DNA of 26,152 nt from Cyanobacteria bacterium J06626_4. Lineage in GTDB: Bacteria; Cyanobacteriota; Cyanobacteriia; Phormidesmidales; Phormidesmidaceae. The notes beneath the pieces were generated by a model. It had not been told where the DNA came from. It searched no databases and was given only the letters and a program-made list of their open reading frames with translations. The translations under genes were made by a program, and so were the position numbers. Each line of letters starts with the position of its first letter. Within the stretch, counting starts at the first letter, position 1. Below are positions 1-9,593 of this stretch, piece by piece. The stretch is taken from the NCBI GenBank assembly GCA_038523235.1, contig JBCBJQ010000085.1, positions 1 through 26,152 on the forward strand, given 5' to 3'.

Positions 1-172
1 CTTCAAAGAGCTCTAGTTTCTCTGCTTTGGTTTGTTGCGCTAAATCATCGATGTCAGTGATCTTGATGAAATTCATCCAGAGAGCTTCCCGCAGCCGGTC
101 AATTAACTTTCTGGTAGCTTTAATATTGTTGTTTTTAACATCTTTGATATGAGAAATAAATTTATAAGGCAT
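1..172 (-). CDS. 5' part of a hypothetical protein running off the window edge (MPYKFISHIKDVKNNNIKATRKLIDRLREALWMNFIKITDIDDLAQQTKAEKLELFE...)
   Basis: Hand translation: ATG at 172-170 on the minus strand, purine-rich AGCAGGTAG just upstream, frame open to position 1. Not in the ORF track because the stop lies outside the window. No family recognised. Confidence 0.45.
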   Translation of the reverse strand, partial: MPYKFISHIKDVKNNNIKATRKLIDRLREALWMNFIKITDIDDLAQQTKAEKLELFE

Positions 173-939
173 AATGCTACCTGCTATTTGAGCTTGTAAA
201 AATCCGATTTTGGAGACGATACTCCTACGGATCTTCGCAAGAGGAAGAGATTGAATGATTGTCCATGAAAATAGTCCGATAGCTGCTTCAAAGCTATGGC
301 CATGGTTGGTTTTGACTTTTTTCAGGGGCTGGTGGCCCTGTTCGCTCTGTAGTACTTCGTTCGTTGTGAAATTGGATATTGTTCTCTTGATAAAAGATTA
401 TGTCAGTTGTTCTCAGCATTTTTACTGATGTTGTCGCCGGATTTGTCAAAACTTATTTCGAGGCGATGTTTGATAAAGCTTGTGTGAATTTTGGGTGCTC
501 TTCCATACATGCGGAGCTTACGCTGGCTGAAGCAATGAGCGCGAACTAATGATTTGCCTGTTCAGATTTGGACGCAATAGATGACATCATGATTGGCTTA
601 TTGATCAATTGACTTGAGTGCAACAATGCGGTGTCGGCAACCCGTCCATGCTGAACGACCTGATGGGAAGACTCTCTCGCTGTGTTTGTGTTCGGACAGT
701 GATGTATGAGCTTGAGTTGCATGTGACGATACCTAAAATGCGTCAAATGCCGGCGTAACCTGCTTGTGGAGGCACTAAGCTTGTAGCTGAATTCTGCCCA
801 AAAGCGGTTCAGCTCATTGTTGTCGCTGTCTGACGTCTCTCAGTTGGCTGACTGTCACGGCAATACGATGAAGCCTGAGGCTGCCCTATTAACTACGGAG
901 ACAACGATCGCGACGGCAATTCTGCAACCGTGTATTGAG

Positions 940-968
940 TGAGGGAAAAGTCCCTCAGCTTTGTTTCA
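940..968 (+). terminator. Terminator-like hairpin
   Basis: TGAGGGA-AAAG-TCCCTCA perfect 7-bp stem followed by GCTTTGTTT; the T tract is weak. Confidence 0.3.
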
Positions 969-1099
969 TAGCGGATTCTTCACCAGCGAATCGCTAAGTT
1001 CTACTTCAAGGTAGGTTTCCCGTATTCAGCAATCTCCGCTGAGACCGTAAAATAAAGAGGCTTAGCGTTGGGTGTTGTGAGCAGTCGTGGGGTCTGTCG

Positions 1100-2653
1100 G
1101 TGGTTCAAAAACTACTTTCTGAACGTCCTATCTTGGTTGGGGGTCTCGGATTGGCCGCTAGCCTGAGCCTCTTGGGGGGACTGTCCGACGGATTGACTGA
1201 TAGCTCTACCTTGATTAGTCTGATTGCTGCTGGTGCTGGGGTGTGGTGGTGGCGGCGGCAGCGACCGACGGTTCCACTGACTGATCGCAAGCCCGTCGTG
1301 CCCGTCGATCGCACCGCAGTAGAGACCGCGATCGCAGGACTCACCCCATCTTTAGCAGTACTGCAGCAAGAGCTTTCCACATTTAACTGGCCCGATCGTG
1401 ACGCTGTTATCGCTGAATTGGAAAAGCGACGCGAGGCTCTAAAGACTGCGCTTGATCGCTCCGTGCTACAAGTGGCGATCATTGGCTCGGCCCGCTCGGG
1501 CAAGTCAGCACTGATGGATCATTTGGATCAACTATCCTCGTCTGCCCAGCCGACAGCCTTAAACCTGACGGAAGTGGCCCTCACCGCTGCGACGCCCCAT
1601 CCTGAAGTGATGGCTGACCTGCTGCAGCACCAAGACGCCACAATTTATCTCATTACCGAAGACCTGACTAAATCGGCCCTGGCTGATTTGCAAACGCTGA
1701 CGGTAGCGGGGCAGCGAGTGATGCTGAGCCTCAACAAGCAAGATAACTATTTGCCCGCCGATCGCGAGGTCGTGTTCACTCAGGTGCAGCAGCGTTTGGA
1801 GCAGCTACCGCAGCCGATTGCCTGCAGCGCGATCGCTACAGCGCCTAAACCGATCAAGGTGAGAACCTATGATGACGCTGGGCAGGTGCTGGAACGGGTG
1901 GAGACGCCTGTCCCCGATGTGGGGGCGGTCGTGACTAGGGTGACACAGTGGCTCACTGAGGAAATGCCTCATCTGGTGGCGCAGACGGTGATGCGTCAGG
2001 TGCAGCAACTGCAGCGCGATCTGCAAGCTCAGTTCAATCAGGTGCGCCATCAGCAGGCGCAGCCGCTGGTTGATCAACTGCAGTGGGCGGCGGCGGCGAC
2101 GGCCTTCGCGAGTCCCCTTCCTTCCCTTGATGTGTTGGCCGCGATCGCGATCAACGGTCAGCTCGTGATGGATTTGAGCCGCGTTTACCAGCAGCCCCTA
2201 GCGCTGGATCAGGCCAAAACCATTGCCGCCGAGCTGGCTAGCGTGGTCGTCAAACTCGGTATTGTCGAAGCGTCTACTCAGTTGCTCACGGGAGCACTCA
2301 AGAGCCATGCCGCGACCTTTGCCGTTGGTGGTAGCGTGCAAGCCTTTAGCGCCGCCTACCTAACGCGGCTCTCGGGAGAGAGTCTCATGGCCTATTTTGA
2401 GGAACGGGCGCTGTCGGGACAGGCGGAAACGGCGTTGTCGGCGGCAGCGATCGGGCAAAAGCTGCAGGCACTGCTGCCCACTACCCAACGCAGCGAGTTT
2501 CTACAAACTCTGATTGCCCAAGGGCGACAATTTTTGTCGCCCTTGACCCAAGCCCTCAGCCCCAGCGCTGCGCCGACGGTAGAATTGGCGGCTAATGGGG
2601 TGACGACGGTAGTGGTGCCCGCTGAACCGATCGCCCCTGGAGAACTCGCTTAA
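1100..2653 (+). CDS. DUF697/YcjF-family protein with N-terminal membrane segments and a degenerate P-loop GTPase domain
   Basis: 517 aa; hydrophobic N-terminus, G1-like GSARSGKS, G4-like NKQD, no DTPG G3; C-terminal 'QWAAAATAFASPLPSLDVLA...NGQLVMDLSRVY' is typical of DUF697. Confidence 0.75.
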   Translation: MVQKLLSERPILVGGLGLAASLSLLGGLSDGLTDSSTLISLIAAGAGVWWWRRQRPTVPLTDRKPVVPVDRTAVETAIAGLTPSLAVLQQELSTFNWPDRDAVIAELEKRREALKTALDRSVLQVAIIGSARSGKSALMDHLDQLSSSAQPTALNLTEVALTAATPHPEVMADLLQHQDATIYLITEDLTKSALADLQTLTVAGQRVMLSLNKQDNYLPADREVVFTQVQQRLEQLPQPIACSAIATAPKPIKVRTYDDAGQVLERVETPVPDVGAVVTRVTQWLTEEMPHLVAQTVMRQVQQLQRDLQAQFNQVRHQQAQPLVDQLQWAAAATAFASPLPSLDVLAAIAINGQLVMDLSRVYQQPLALDQAKTIAAELASVVVKLGIVEASTQLLTGALKSHAATFAVGGSVQAFSAAYLTRLSGESLMAYFEERALSGQAETALSAAAIGQKLQALLPTTQRSEFLQTLIAQGRQFLSPLTQALSPSAAPTVELAANGVTTVVVPAEPIAPGELA

Positions 2654-2711
2654 GTCAACCTACGTCAGAGCATTCGCATCACTGCATTCCCGTTGAGAGC
2701 CTTTTTGAACT

Positions 2712-4115
2712 GTGTCACCACCCGCCCATCCTCGGTTTAAGCGCGTGCGGCAGGTCTTGCGACAGACCGTGCAGCGCTATCAGCCGACCCTGCGGCAGGC
2801 CTCCTCGGGTCAAGATCAGCAGATTCAAAAGGCGGCGGTGCAGGCTGGAGTCGATGCCCTGAGTGCTTTAGAAACGCGCCTAGCCCAACCGGTGCTGCGG
2901 ATTGCAGTGTTTGGGCTGGTCAGCCGTGGCAAATCGGCCGTGATTAATGCCCTGATGGGCGAGGCGATTTTGCCCACTGGCCCTCTGCATGGTGTGACGC
3001 GCTGGCCTCGCTCGGTGTACTGGCAACCGCCCATTGAGGCGGTGCATGATGCGGAAGAACTGCCCCAAATCGAACTAATTGATACCCCGGGTTTGGATGA
3101 GGTGGCGGGGGAAGCGCGGGGCGCGATGGCCCAAGAGGTGGCGCAGCAGGCTGATCTGATTTTATTTGTGGTGGCGGGCGACATCACCCGCACTGAATAT
3201 GAGGCATTGGTCACGCTGCAGGCGGCGCGCAAGCCGTTGCTATTAGTGTTCAACAAAACGGATCTCTATCCCGATACCGATCAACAGGCGATTTATGAGG
3301 TCCTAACTCAGCTTTGGCGATCGTCCACCAGCCGGACTCCCAATGCGGCTCTAGCTGTGGATGATGTGGTGATGGTCGCCGCTGCCCCCGCCCCGCTGCA
3401 GGTGCGGGTCGAATGGCCCGATGGCCAGGTCACCCACGAATGGGAAAAACTGCCGGCTCAAATTGATGCCCTCAAACAAGCCCTGCTCAGTATTGCCCGT
3501 CAGGACGGTACAGCGCTGATTGCTTTGAATGCGCTGCGAGAAGCGGATAGTCTAGAAACCGACATGGCGCGACGGGCGATCGCCTTACACCACGAAGAAG
3601 CGGAAGCCCTGATCTGGAAATATGCCAAATACAAGGCTTTGGCCGTCGCCTTAAACCCGATCGCGGTGTTTGATTTGGCTGGGGGATTTATCACTGACCT
3701 AGTGATGATTCGCGCCCTGGCGAAGCTCTATGGTCTCCCGATTACTCAGCATGAAGCGCGGCAGCTCTGGCAGGCGATCGCCAAAAGTTCGGGTACGCTT
3801 TTGCTGAGTGAAATTGGCACGGGACTCCTCATGGGTACGGGCAAAGGGGCCGCTGCGGTGTGGAGTATGTTTGACAGCGCCGGTGGCTTTTCGGCTTTGC
3901 TCAGCGTGATGGCGGCGCAGGCTGGGGCCTCGGGCTATGGTACCTATGCTGTGGGTAAAGCGGCTCAGGTCTACCTAGAGCAGGGCTGCACTTGGGGGCC
4001 AAATGGCGTTAAAGCGGTGATGCAAGATTTGCTCAGTCAAATCGATTCCGAGTCCACGGTGTCGCGGCTGCGACGAGAGCTGGAAGCGCAGCTGATGGCC
4101 AGTAGTGCCAAATAG
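2712..4115 (+). CDS. Era/HSR1-like GTP-binding protein with DUF697 C-terminal domain
   Basis: G1 GLVSRGKS, G2 region GPLHGVT, G3 DTPG, G4 NKTD; C-terminal 'KALAVALNPIAVFDLAGG...MIRALAKLYG' DUF697 pattern. Confidence 0.85.
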   Translation: MSPPAHPRFKRVRQVLRQTVQRYQPTLRQASSGQDQQIQKAAVQAGVDALSALETRLAQPVLRIAVFGLVSRGKSAVINALMGEAILPTGPLHGVTRWPRSVYWQPPIEAVHDAEELPQIELIDTPGLDEVAGEARGAMAQEVAQQADLILFVVAGDITRTEYEALVTLQAARKPLLLVFNKTDLYPDTDQQAIYEVLTQLWRSSTSRTPNAALAVDDVVMVAAAPAPLQVRVEWPDGQVTHEWEKLPAQIDALKQALLSIARQDGTALIALNALREADSLETDMARRAIALHHEEAEALIWKYAKYKALAVALNPIAVFDLAGGFITDLVMIRALAKLYGLPITQHEARQLWQAIAKSSGTLLLSEIGTGLLMGTGKGAAAVWSMFDSAGGFSALLSVMAAQAGASGYGTYAVGKAAQVYLEQGCTWGPNGVKAVMQDLLSQIDSESTVSRLRRELEAQLMASSAK

Positions 4116-4201
4116 CTGGCTGGACGGCAGCAAAGGTCACCCAGCCCGGTTTTAACGATTGAGTACAATACAACTACCTGCTGTGCTCATTGGAGGCGCT
4201 T

Positions 4202-4939
4202 ATGGTTAACCAGCTTTCTCTGCAGGAAGAAGACGTCATTTTTCCAGATGCTAATCAGCTCGTCACCGAGGATGATACACCGGTGGACAATTTTGCCTCT
4301 GAAAAACAGCAGCGCCTGTTGACCTCCAGCTTTTTTAGTAGTCTGAAAGACCGGCTACCTTTTATTGCGGCGGCGAATGTCGGCATCTACTACACCGATC
4401 AGCAACCAGCGATCGTGCCCGACGTGTTTGTCAGTTTTGGGGTGCAAGTGCCCAAAAATTGGTGGGACAAGCAGAATCGCTGCTATATGGTGTGGAAGTT
4501 TGGTAAACCGCCCGAAATTGCGATCGAAGTGGTTTCTAATAAAGTCGGTAATGAGCTCACTAACAAGCTCGCGATTTATGAACGGATGCGGGTGAGTTAT
4601 TACGCCGTCTATGATCCGCGTCAGCAACTCAGCCCCAACCCGCTCCGACTGTTTGAATTACGGGGAACGCAGTATAGCGAAATGGCTCAACCCTGGATGG
4701 CGCAAGTCAATTTAGGCCTGACCCTATGGGAGGGCGATTTTGAAGGTAGCCCAAATACCTGGCTCCGTTGGCAAGATGCTCAGGGCAATCTCTTGCTGAC
4801 CGGCGATGAACAAGCTGACCAAGCCCGAGAACAGGCCGATCAAGCCCGAGAACAGGCCGACCAAGCAAGAGAACGGGCCGATCGCTTAGCGGCCTATTTG
4901 CGATCGCAGGGCATTGACCCTGATCAACTGCCGGAGTAA
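4202..4939 (+). CDS. Uma2 family (DUF820) putative restriction-endonuclease-fold protein
   Basis: 'TEDDTPVDN..SEKQQRLL', 'VPDVFVS', 'PEIAIEVVS', 'YYAVYDP' and the C-terminal 'ERADRLAAYLRSQGIDPDQL' tail. Start at ATG 4202 is preferred over TTG 4190. Confidence 0.9.
   Translation: MVNQLSLQEEDVIFPDANQLVTEDDTPVDNFASEKQQRLLTSSFFSSLKDRLPFIAAANVGIYYTDQQPAIVPDVFVSFGVQVPKNWWDKQNRCYMVWKFGKPPEIAIEVVSNKVGNELTNKLAIYERMRVSYYAVYDPRQQLSPNPLRLFELRGTQYSEMAQPWMAQVNLGLTLWEGDFEGSPNTWLRWQDAQGNLLLTGDEQADQAREQADQAREQADQARERADRLAAYLRSQGIDPDQLPE
4808..4882 (+). repeat. In-frame 21-bp tandem repeat (about 3.5 copies) encoding the EQADQAR heptad
   Basis: GAACAAGCTGACCAAGCCCGA / GAACAGGCCGATCAAGCCCGA / GAACAGGCCGACCAAGCAAGA / GAACGGGCCGAT. 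Confidence 0.9.
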
Positions 4940-4949
4940 CGTCAGTTTT

Positions 4950-5441
4950 ATGAATGAGCAATTTCTACCGATGCGGTCTTGGCTGGTGGCGCTGCTGGTG
5001 GCGGCGATCCTATTTGTGAGTGGTATGGGGGCTTCAGATGTGGCCTACTCCGCTGAGGCGATCACGGGTGAGATGACCGTTTACCGCGATCCGAGCTGTG
5101 GCTGCTGTGGCCGCTGGATTGAGCATATGGAAGCGGCTGGGTTCACCGTGCGTGATGAGGTGACGGACGACATGGCGACGATCAAAACCCAATACGGTGT
5201 GCCCGATGAATTGTCGTCTTGCCACACGGCCATTGCCGACGGCTATCTGATTGAAGGGCACGTCCCAGCGGCAGATGTGCAGCGACTGCTGACCGCCAAA
5301 CCCAACGTGATGGGGCTGACCGCACCGGGTATGCCCATCGGCTCCCCTGGCATGGAGATGGCCGAAGAAGACGGCGAGCCTTATACGGTCTTTGCGTTTA
5401 CGGATGATGGGGCGGCAGCGGCTTTCGCGAACCACGATTAA
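4950..5441 (+). CDS. DUF411 family exported metal-binding protein (CopG-like)
   Basis: Signal-peptide-like N-terminus; 'PSCGCCGRW', 'SCHTA..GYLIEGHVPA', 'PGMPIGSPGME' motifs. Start is 4950 or 4971. Confidence 0.9.
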   Translation: MNEQFLPMRSWLVALLVAAILFVSGMGASDVAYSAEAITGEMTVYRDPSCGCCGRWIEHMEAAGFTVRDEVTDDMATIKTQYGVPDELSSCHTAIADGYLIEGHVPAADVQRLLTAKPNVMGLTAPGMPIGSPGMEMAEEDGEPYTVFAFTDDGAAAAFANHD

Positions 5442-5616
5442 TTCCGGCTGACTGTTTAAGTGCTCTGTTCATCGTCCAGATCGCAATAGATGTTTGTACT
5501 CTGGCAAGGCGCATCAGAGGCAGACAGCAATCGCTGCCTGAGCAGGCTCGAAATTCCGGGGCAGCGCCTTTTACAATGACTGCATGTTATTAATCCGCGA
5601 TCGCGCCTGAGAACCT

Positions 5617-8520
5617 GTGGCTGACCAATCTCCCCTACTGATGCTCGTCGATGGGCATTCCCTGGCTTTTCGTTCCTACTACGCCCATTCCAAAGGGCCA
5701 GAAGGTGGCTTGCGTACTTCCACCGGCATTCCCACCAGCGTTTGCTATGGCTTTCTCAAGTCACTGCTCGACACGATCGAAGCTGAGCGGCCTCAATACG
5801 CCGCGATCGCCTTCGACCTCGATCAGCCCACGTTTCGCCATGAAATGGCCGATGATTACAAAGAGGGCCGGCCCGAAGCGCCCGAAGACTTTGTCGAAGA
5901 TGTGAACACCCTGCAGGCGCTGCTGCAGATGATGGGCTTTTGCGTGGTGACCGCGCCCGGGTTTGAGGCGGATGACGTGATTGGCACGCTCTCGACCCTA
6001 GGCAAAACCGAGGGCTACCGCGTCAAAATTTTGAGCGGCGACCAAGACCTGTTTCAGCTGATTGATGAAGATCAGGAGCTGGTCTCGGTACTGTATCTCA
6101 GCAGCATTTTTGCCAAAGGGCCAGGGAAAGGGGGGGCGCGGGAGTTTCATGCCGAGCAGGTTAAAGAAAAGCTCGATATTCTGCCGTCCCAAGTGGTGGA
6201 CTACAAAGCCCTCTGCGGCGACACATCCGACAACATTCCCGGAGTGAAAGGCATTGGGGCAAAAACGGCGGCGAAGCTGCTGAATCAGTACGGTACCCTG
6301 GAGGCGGTTTATGCTGACCTCGACAACATTAAAGGGGCCACGCAAAAAAAGCTGCGCGAAGGGCAAGACAGCGCTAAACATTCGCAAACGATGGCGCGCA
6401 TCATCACCGATGTGGTGCTAGAGGCGGAGTTAGCTACCTGTGAGCTCACGGGATTTGACGTGCCCACGGTCACGACTGAGCTGAAGCGACTGGAATTTCA
6501 CCAGTTCATCAATCGCCTACCCCGCATTGAGGCGGCGCTGAAGGGGGAAGCTCCCCCGGCCAAGGTTGAGAAGGAGAGTCGATCAGCTTCACCCTCCTTC
6601 GACCCCGACCTCGACTTTTTCTCTGCTGAGGAAACGGATCAGGCCCAGACGGTGAAGCCGGTCGAAATCACGCCGCAGGTGATCACCACCGCCGCCAGTC
6701 TGTATGAGCTGCTCGATCTGCTGGGAGAACAGACTGATCCCAATAATCCCGTTGCCTGGGATACGGAAACCACCTCCCTGACGCCGCGCGATGCCGAGCT
6801 GGTGGGCATTGGCTGCTGCTGGGGAGCAGGGCTGACGGAGCTGGCCTACATTCCTGTCGGGCACAAGTCGGGTACGCAGTTAGATGTGGCTACGGTTCTG
6901 GAGGCGCTGCGCCCGATTTTAGAAGGGGCGGAATACCCCAAGGTGCTGCAAAACGCCAAGTACGATCGCTTGGTGCTGCGATCGCAGGGCATCCATCTGA
7001 CAGGGGTGGTGTTTGACACGATGTTGGCCAGCTATGTGCTCAACCCCGATACCAATCACAATCTCAGCGATCTCTCGCTGCGCTATCTCAACGTCTCGGC
7101 GCAGAGCTATAAAGACCTCGTGCCCAAGGGCAAAACCATTGCGGATTTGGAGATTGCCGCCGTTGCGGAATACTGCGGGGCCGACGTCCACACCACCTAT
7201 CGGTTGGCACCCTTGCTCAAGGCGGAACTGGCGGAATATCCCGACCTGGAGCAGCTGTTCACCACGGTCGAACTGCCGCTGGAGCCGGTGCTGGCTGAGA
7301 TGGAATATCAGGGCGTGCGCATTGACACCGACTACCTGGGCAACTTTTCGCAGCAGCTAGAGACTGACTTGGCCAAGATTGAGGCTAAAGCCTACGAATT
7401 GGCGGGAGAAACCTTTAATCTGGGCTCGCCCAAACAGCTCAGCACCCTGCTGTTTGACCAGCTCGGGCTCGATAAGCGCAAGTCACGCAAAAACAAATCG
7501 GGCGGCTATTCCACTGATGCCTCAACCCTCGAAAAGCTGCAGGGCGATCATCCGGTGGTGGATCTGATTGTCGAGAACCGTACCCTCTCGAAGCTGAAGT
7601 CAACCTATGTGGATGCCCTGCCCGAACTGGTGCGCCTGGATACTCATCGAGTGCACACCGACTTCAACCAAGCAGTCACCGCAACGGGTCGGCTGTCTTC
7701 CTCAAACCCTAACTTGCAAAACATCCCCATTCGCACTGCGTTCAGTCGGCAGATCCGCGCCGCGTTTATTCCTGAATCGAGTTGGAAGCTGGTGGCTGCT
7801 GACTATTCGCAAATTGAGCTGCGGATTTTGGCTCACCTCAGTGAAGAACCGGTGCTGGTGCAGGCCTACAACAATCGCGAAGATGTGCACGCGCTGACGG
7901 CTCGCCTGCTGTTTGACAAGGACGACATTTCCACTGAGGAGCGCCGCTTGGGCAAGATCATCAACTTTGGCGTGATCTATGGCATGGGCGCGGCCCGTTT
8001 TGCCCGCGAGGCCACTGTCGATCGCACCGAGGCCAAAAGCTTTATCGATCGCTACTACGAACGCTACCCAGCGGTATTTGAATATTTGCAGCAGATGCAG
8101 CGCGAGGCGATCGCCCAAGGCTATGTGCAGACGCTGATGGGGCGGCGGCGTTATTTCAATTTCACCACGACCAAACTGCGCGATCTGCTCGGTAGCGACC
8201 CTAATCAAATTGATCTGGATAGTCTCAAACGCATGAGCGGCTACGATGCAGCTTCCTTGCGCGCGGCGGCCAATGCCCCGATTCAAGGGTCAAGTGCAGA
8301 CATTATTAAGGTCGCGATGATTCGCCTGCATGAGGTGCTGAAGGGATATCAAACCCGTCTGCTGCTACAGGTACATGATGAATTGGTGTTTGAGGTGCCG
8401 CCGGAAGAATGGACTGAGCTAGAGCCGAAAATTACGGCGGTGATGGAGTCGGCGGTGGCGCTCAAGGTGCCGCTAGTTGTCGATGCCAGCAGCGGCCCCA
8501 ACTGGATGGAAGCGAAATAG
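5617..8520 (+). CDS. polA: DNA polymerase I
   Basis: 5'-3' exo (LVDGHSLAFR, EADDVIGTL, GDTSDNIPGVKGIG), intact 3'-5' exo motifs (DTETT, NAKYD, YCGAD), polymerase motifs (ADYSQIELR, KIINFGVIYG, LQVHDEL). No intein-sized insertion. Confidence 0.99.
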   Translation: MADQSPLLMLVDGHSLAFRSYYAHSKGPEGGLRTSTGIPTSVCYGFLKSLLDTIEAERPQYAAIAFDLDQPTFRHEMADDYKEGRPEAPEDFVEDVNTLQALLQMMGFCVVTAPGFEADDVIGTLSTLGKTEGYRVKILSGDQDLFQLIDEDQELVSVLYLSSIFAKGPGKGGAREFHAEQVKEKLDILPSQVVDYKALCGDTSDNIPGVKGIGAKTAAKLLNQYGTLEAVYADLDNIKGATQKKLREGQDSAKHSQTMARIITDVVLEAELATCELTGFDVPTVTTELKRLEFHQFINRLPRIEAALKGEAPPAKVEKESRSASPSFDPDLDFFSAEETDQAQTVKPVEITPQVITTAASLYELLDLLGEQTDPNNPVAWDTETTSLTPRDAELVGIGCCWGAGLTELAYIPVGHKSGTQLDVATVLEALRPILEGAEYPKVLQNAKYDRLVLRSQGIHLTGVVFDTMLASYVLNPDTNHNLSDLSLRYLNVSAQSYKDLVPKGKTIADLEIAAVAEYCGADVHTTYRLAPLLKAELAEYPDLEQLFTTVELPLEPVLAEMEYQGVRIDTDYLGNFSQQLETDLAKIEAKAYELAGETFNLGSPKQLSTLLFDQLGLDKRKSRKNKSGGYSTDASTLEKLQGDHPVVDLIVENRTLSKLKSTYVDALPELVRLDTHRVHTDFNQAVTATGRLSSSNPNLQNIPIRTAFSRQIRAAFIPESSWKLVAADYSQIELRILAHLSEEPVLVQAYNNREDVHALTARLLFDKDDISTEERRLGKIINFGVIYGMGAARFAREATVDRTEAKSFIDRYYERYPAVFEYLQQMQREAIAQGYVQTLMGRRRYFNFTTTKLRDLLGSDPNQIDLDSLKRMSGYDAASLRAAANAPIQGSSADIIKVAMIRLHEVLKGYQTRLLLQVHDELVFEVPPEEWTELEPKITAVMESAVALKVPLVVDASSGPNWMEAK

Positions 8521-8818
8521 TTCTGAAAAGGCGTTTATTAACGCTTGCTATAACTATGCCGCAGTTGGCTATTGCCGTAAATAAAAATATGCTATTCCGA
8601 TTTCAATGGATCGTGAAAAACTTTCCAAACTTCTCAGACTTGGAGACTGTGCAGATAATTGATCGATTTTTTGCTGTAGACCAGCGATCTCACCGCTGCA
8701 ACCAGTGATTAAATTGCGGCAACCGGCGATCGCACTTCTAACCTGGTTTCAACTTTTGAGGGATTCGGTGATGACCGCCGCGATCGCGCCTCTACAATCT
8801 CTGAGCATATAAACGCGA

Positions 8819-9028
8819 TTAAGCAAACATTAGCCGTCCTTTGGGTTCCGGAATGGGTCGCCCCAGTTCCTTTGCAGTTTCAATCCAGTCTTGAATGATC
8901 ACTTCGACATTTTGCACGGCCTCCTGGTAAGTGGCACCATCGGCAGCGCACCCAGCTAACTCTGGCACTTCAACAATGAACGCTTGGTCGGTTTCGCTCC
9001 AATAAATAATCAATTCATAGCGAATCAT
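8819..9028 (-). CDS. hicB: HicB family antitoxin (short form, no DNA-binding domain)
   Basis: 'YELIIYWSETDQAFIVEVPELAGCAADGATYQEA...GRPIPEP' HicB pattern; start overlaps the 3' end of hicA. Confidence 0.92.
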   Translation of the reverse strand: MIRYELIIYWSETDQAFIVEVPELAGCAADGATYQEAVQNVEVIIQDWIETAKELGRPIPEPKGRLMFA

Positions 9029-9403
9029 TATCTTGTCCTCCGAGCTGATACTTCAAAATTGCGGTGCGAACTTGCTTGACCTGATAAGCCTTAGCTTTTC
9101 CTTGTTTGGGTTGCAGATTAAGAATTTCGGCGTTGCTTAATCAAGGGATGAATGGGTCAAAACGCTAGACCCGGCATAGCCTCCTTTTCTGGTTTGCCCA
9201 GAGGGCTAGGGGGCCGAAATCATCTGGTTATTCAGGAACGCCAGAATTTCCTCGGCCCCCTCTTTAGAAAAGATATGATGACTGCCTCGGATACGCTCAT
9301 CAAAGCCGAGAGCGTGAAGCAGCTCACACAGCCGGTCAAAGGGAATATTAGCGTCCGAGTTTCCCCGCAAAATCTTGAGCAATAGTTTATCTTGCTGGCT
9401 CAT
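9015..9403 (-). pseudogene. hicA: HicA family toxin interrupted by a 114-bp MITE
   Basis: Removing 9129-9242 plus one 8-bp duplicate leaves 267 bp encoding 88 aa: MSQQDKLLLKILRGNSDANIPFDRLCELLHALGFDERIRGSHHIFSKEGAEEILNLQPKQGKAKAYQVKQVRTAILKYQLGGQDNDSL*, with the LGF..RGSH HicA motif. Confidence 0.93.
9129..9242. mobile_element. 114-bp MITE with ISL3-like hallmarks
   Basis: Imperfect terminal inverted repeats GGCGTTGCTTAATCAA / GGCGTTCCTGAATAAC; flanked by exact 8-bp direct repeats AGAATTTC (9121-9128, 9243-9250); no transposase. Confidence 0.92.
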
Positions 9404-9593
9404 TCATCTATTCCGCACCATCGTTCAGCTCTAGCTGTTCTTGTGAAGCGGCACGATGACGCTCATTTCTGTCGTATCTTGATGTGATGAGCCTGACTTT
9501 GAGTGCTCATGATAGTCATCGACACGGCATGATCGCCACTTCGTAAATCCAAGCGATGCAAAGTTGGGTGATCGCTGAGTTCAGTCGTGGCGC

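Noticed and set aside
546..746. 66-aa minus-strand ORF
   Set aside because: Non-ATG start, no recognisable motif, and located in a probable divergent promoter region.
4808..4882. CRISPR array
   Set aside because: Tandem in-frame 21-mers without spacers; this is the normal coiled-coil tail of Uma2 proteins.
5651..8286. Alternative-frame and antisense ORFs inside polA (and similar ones within other long genes)
   Set aside because: Shadow ORFs expected from GC-rich codon bias; no motifs.
9206..9403. 65-aa ORF as an intact HicA
   Set aside because: Its last 11 residues come from the MITE; the true C-terminus lies at 9015-9128.
9430..9575. Second hicA-like remnant on the minus strand (LGF...SGSSH...VIVPLHK)
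   Set aside because: Motif spacing is too long for HicA and there is no suitable start; probably coincidental.
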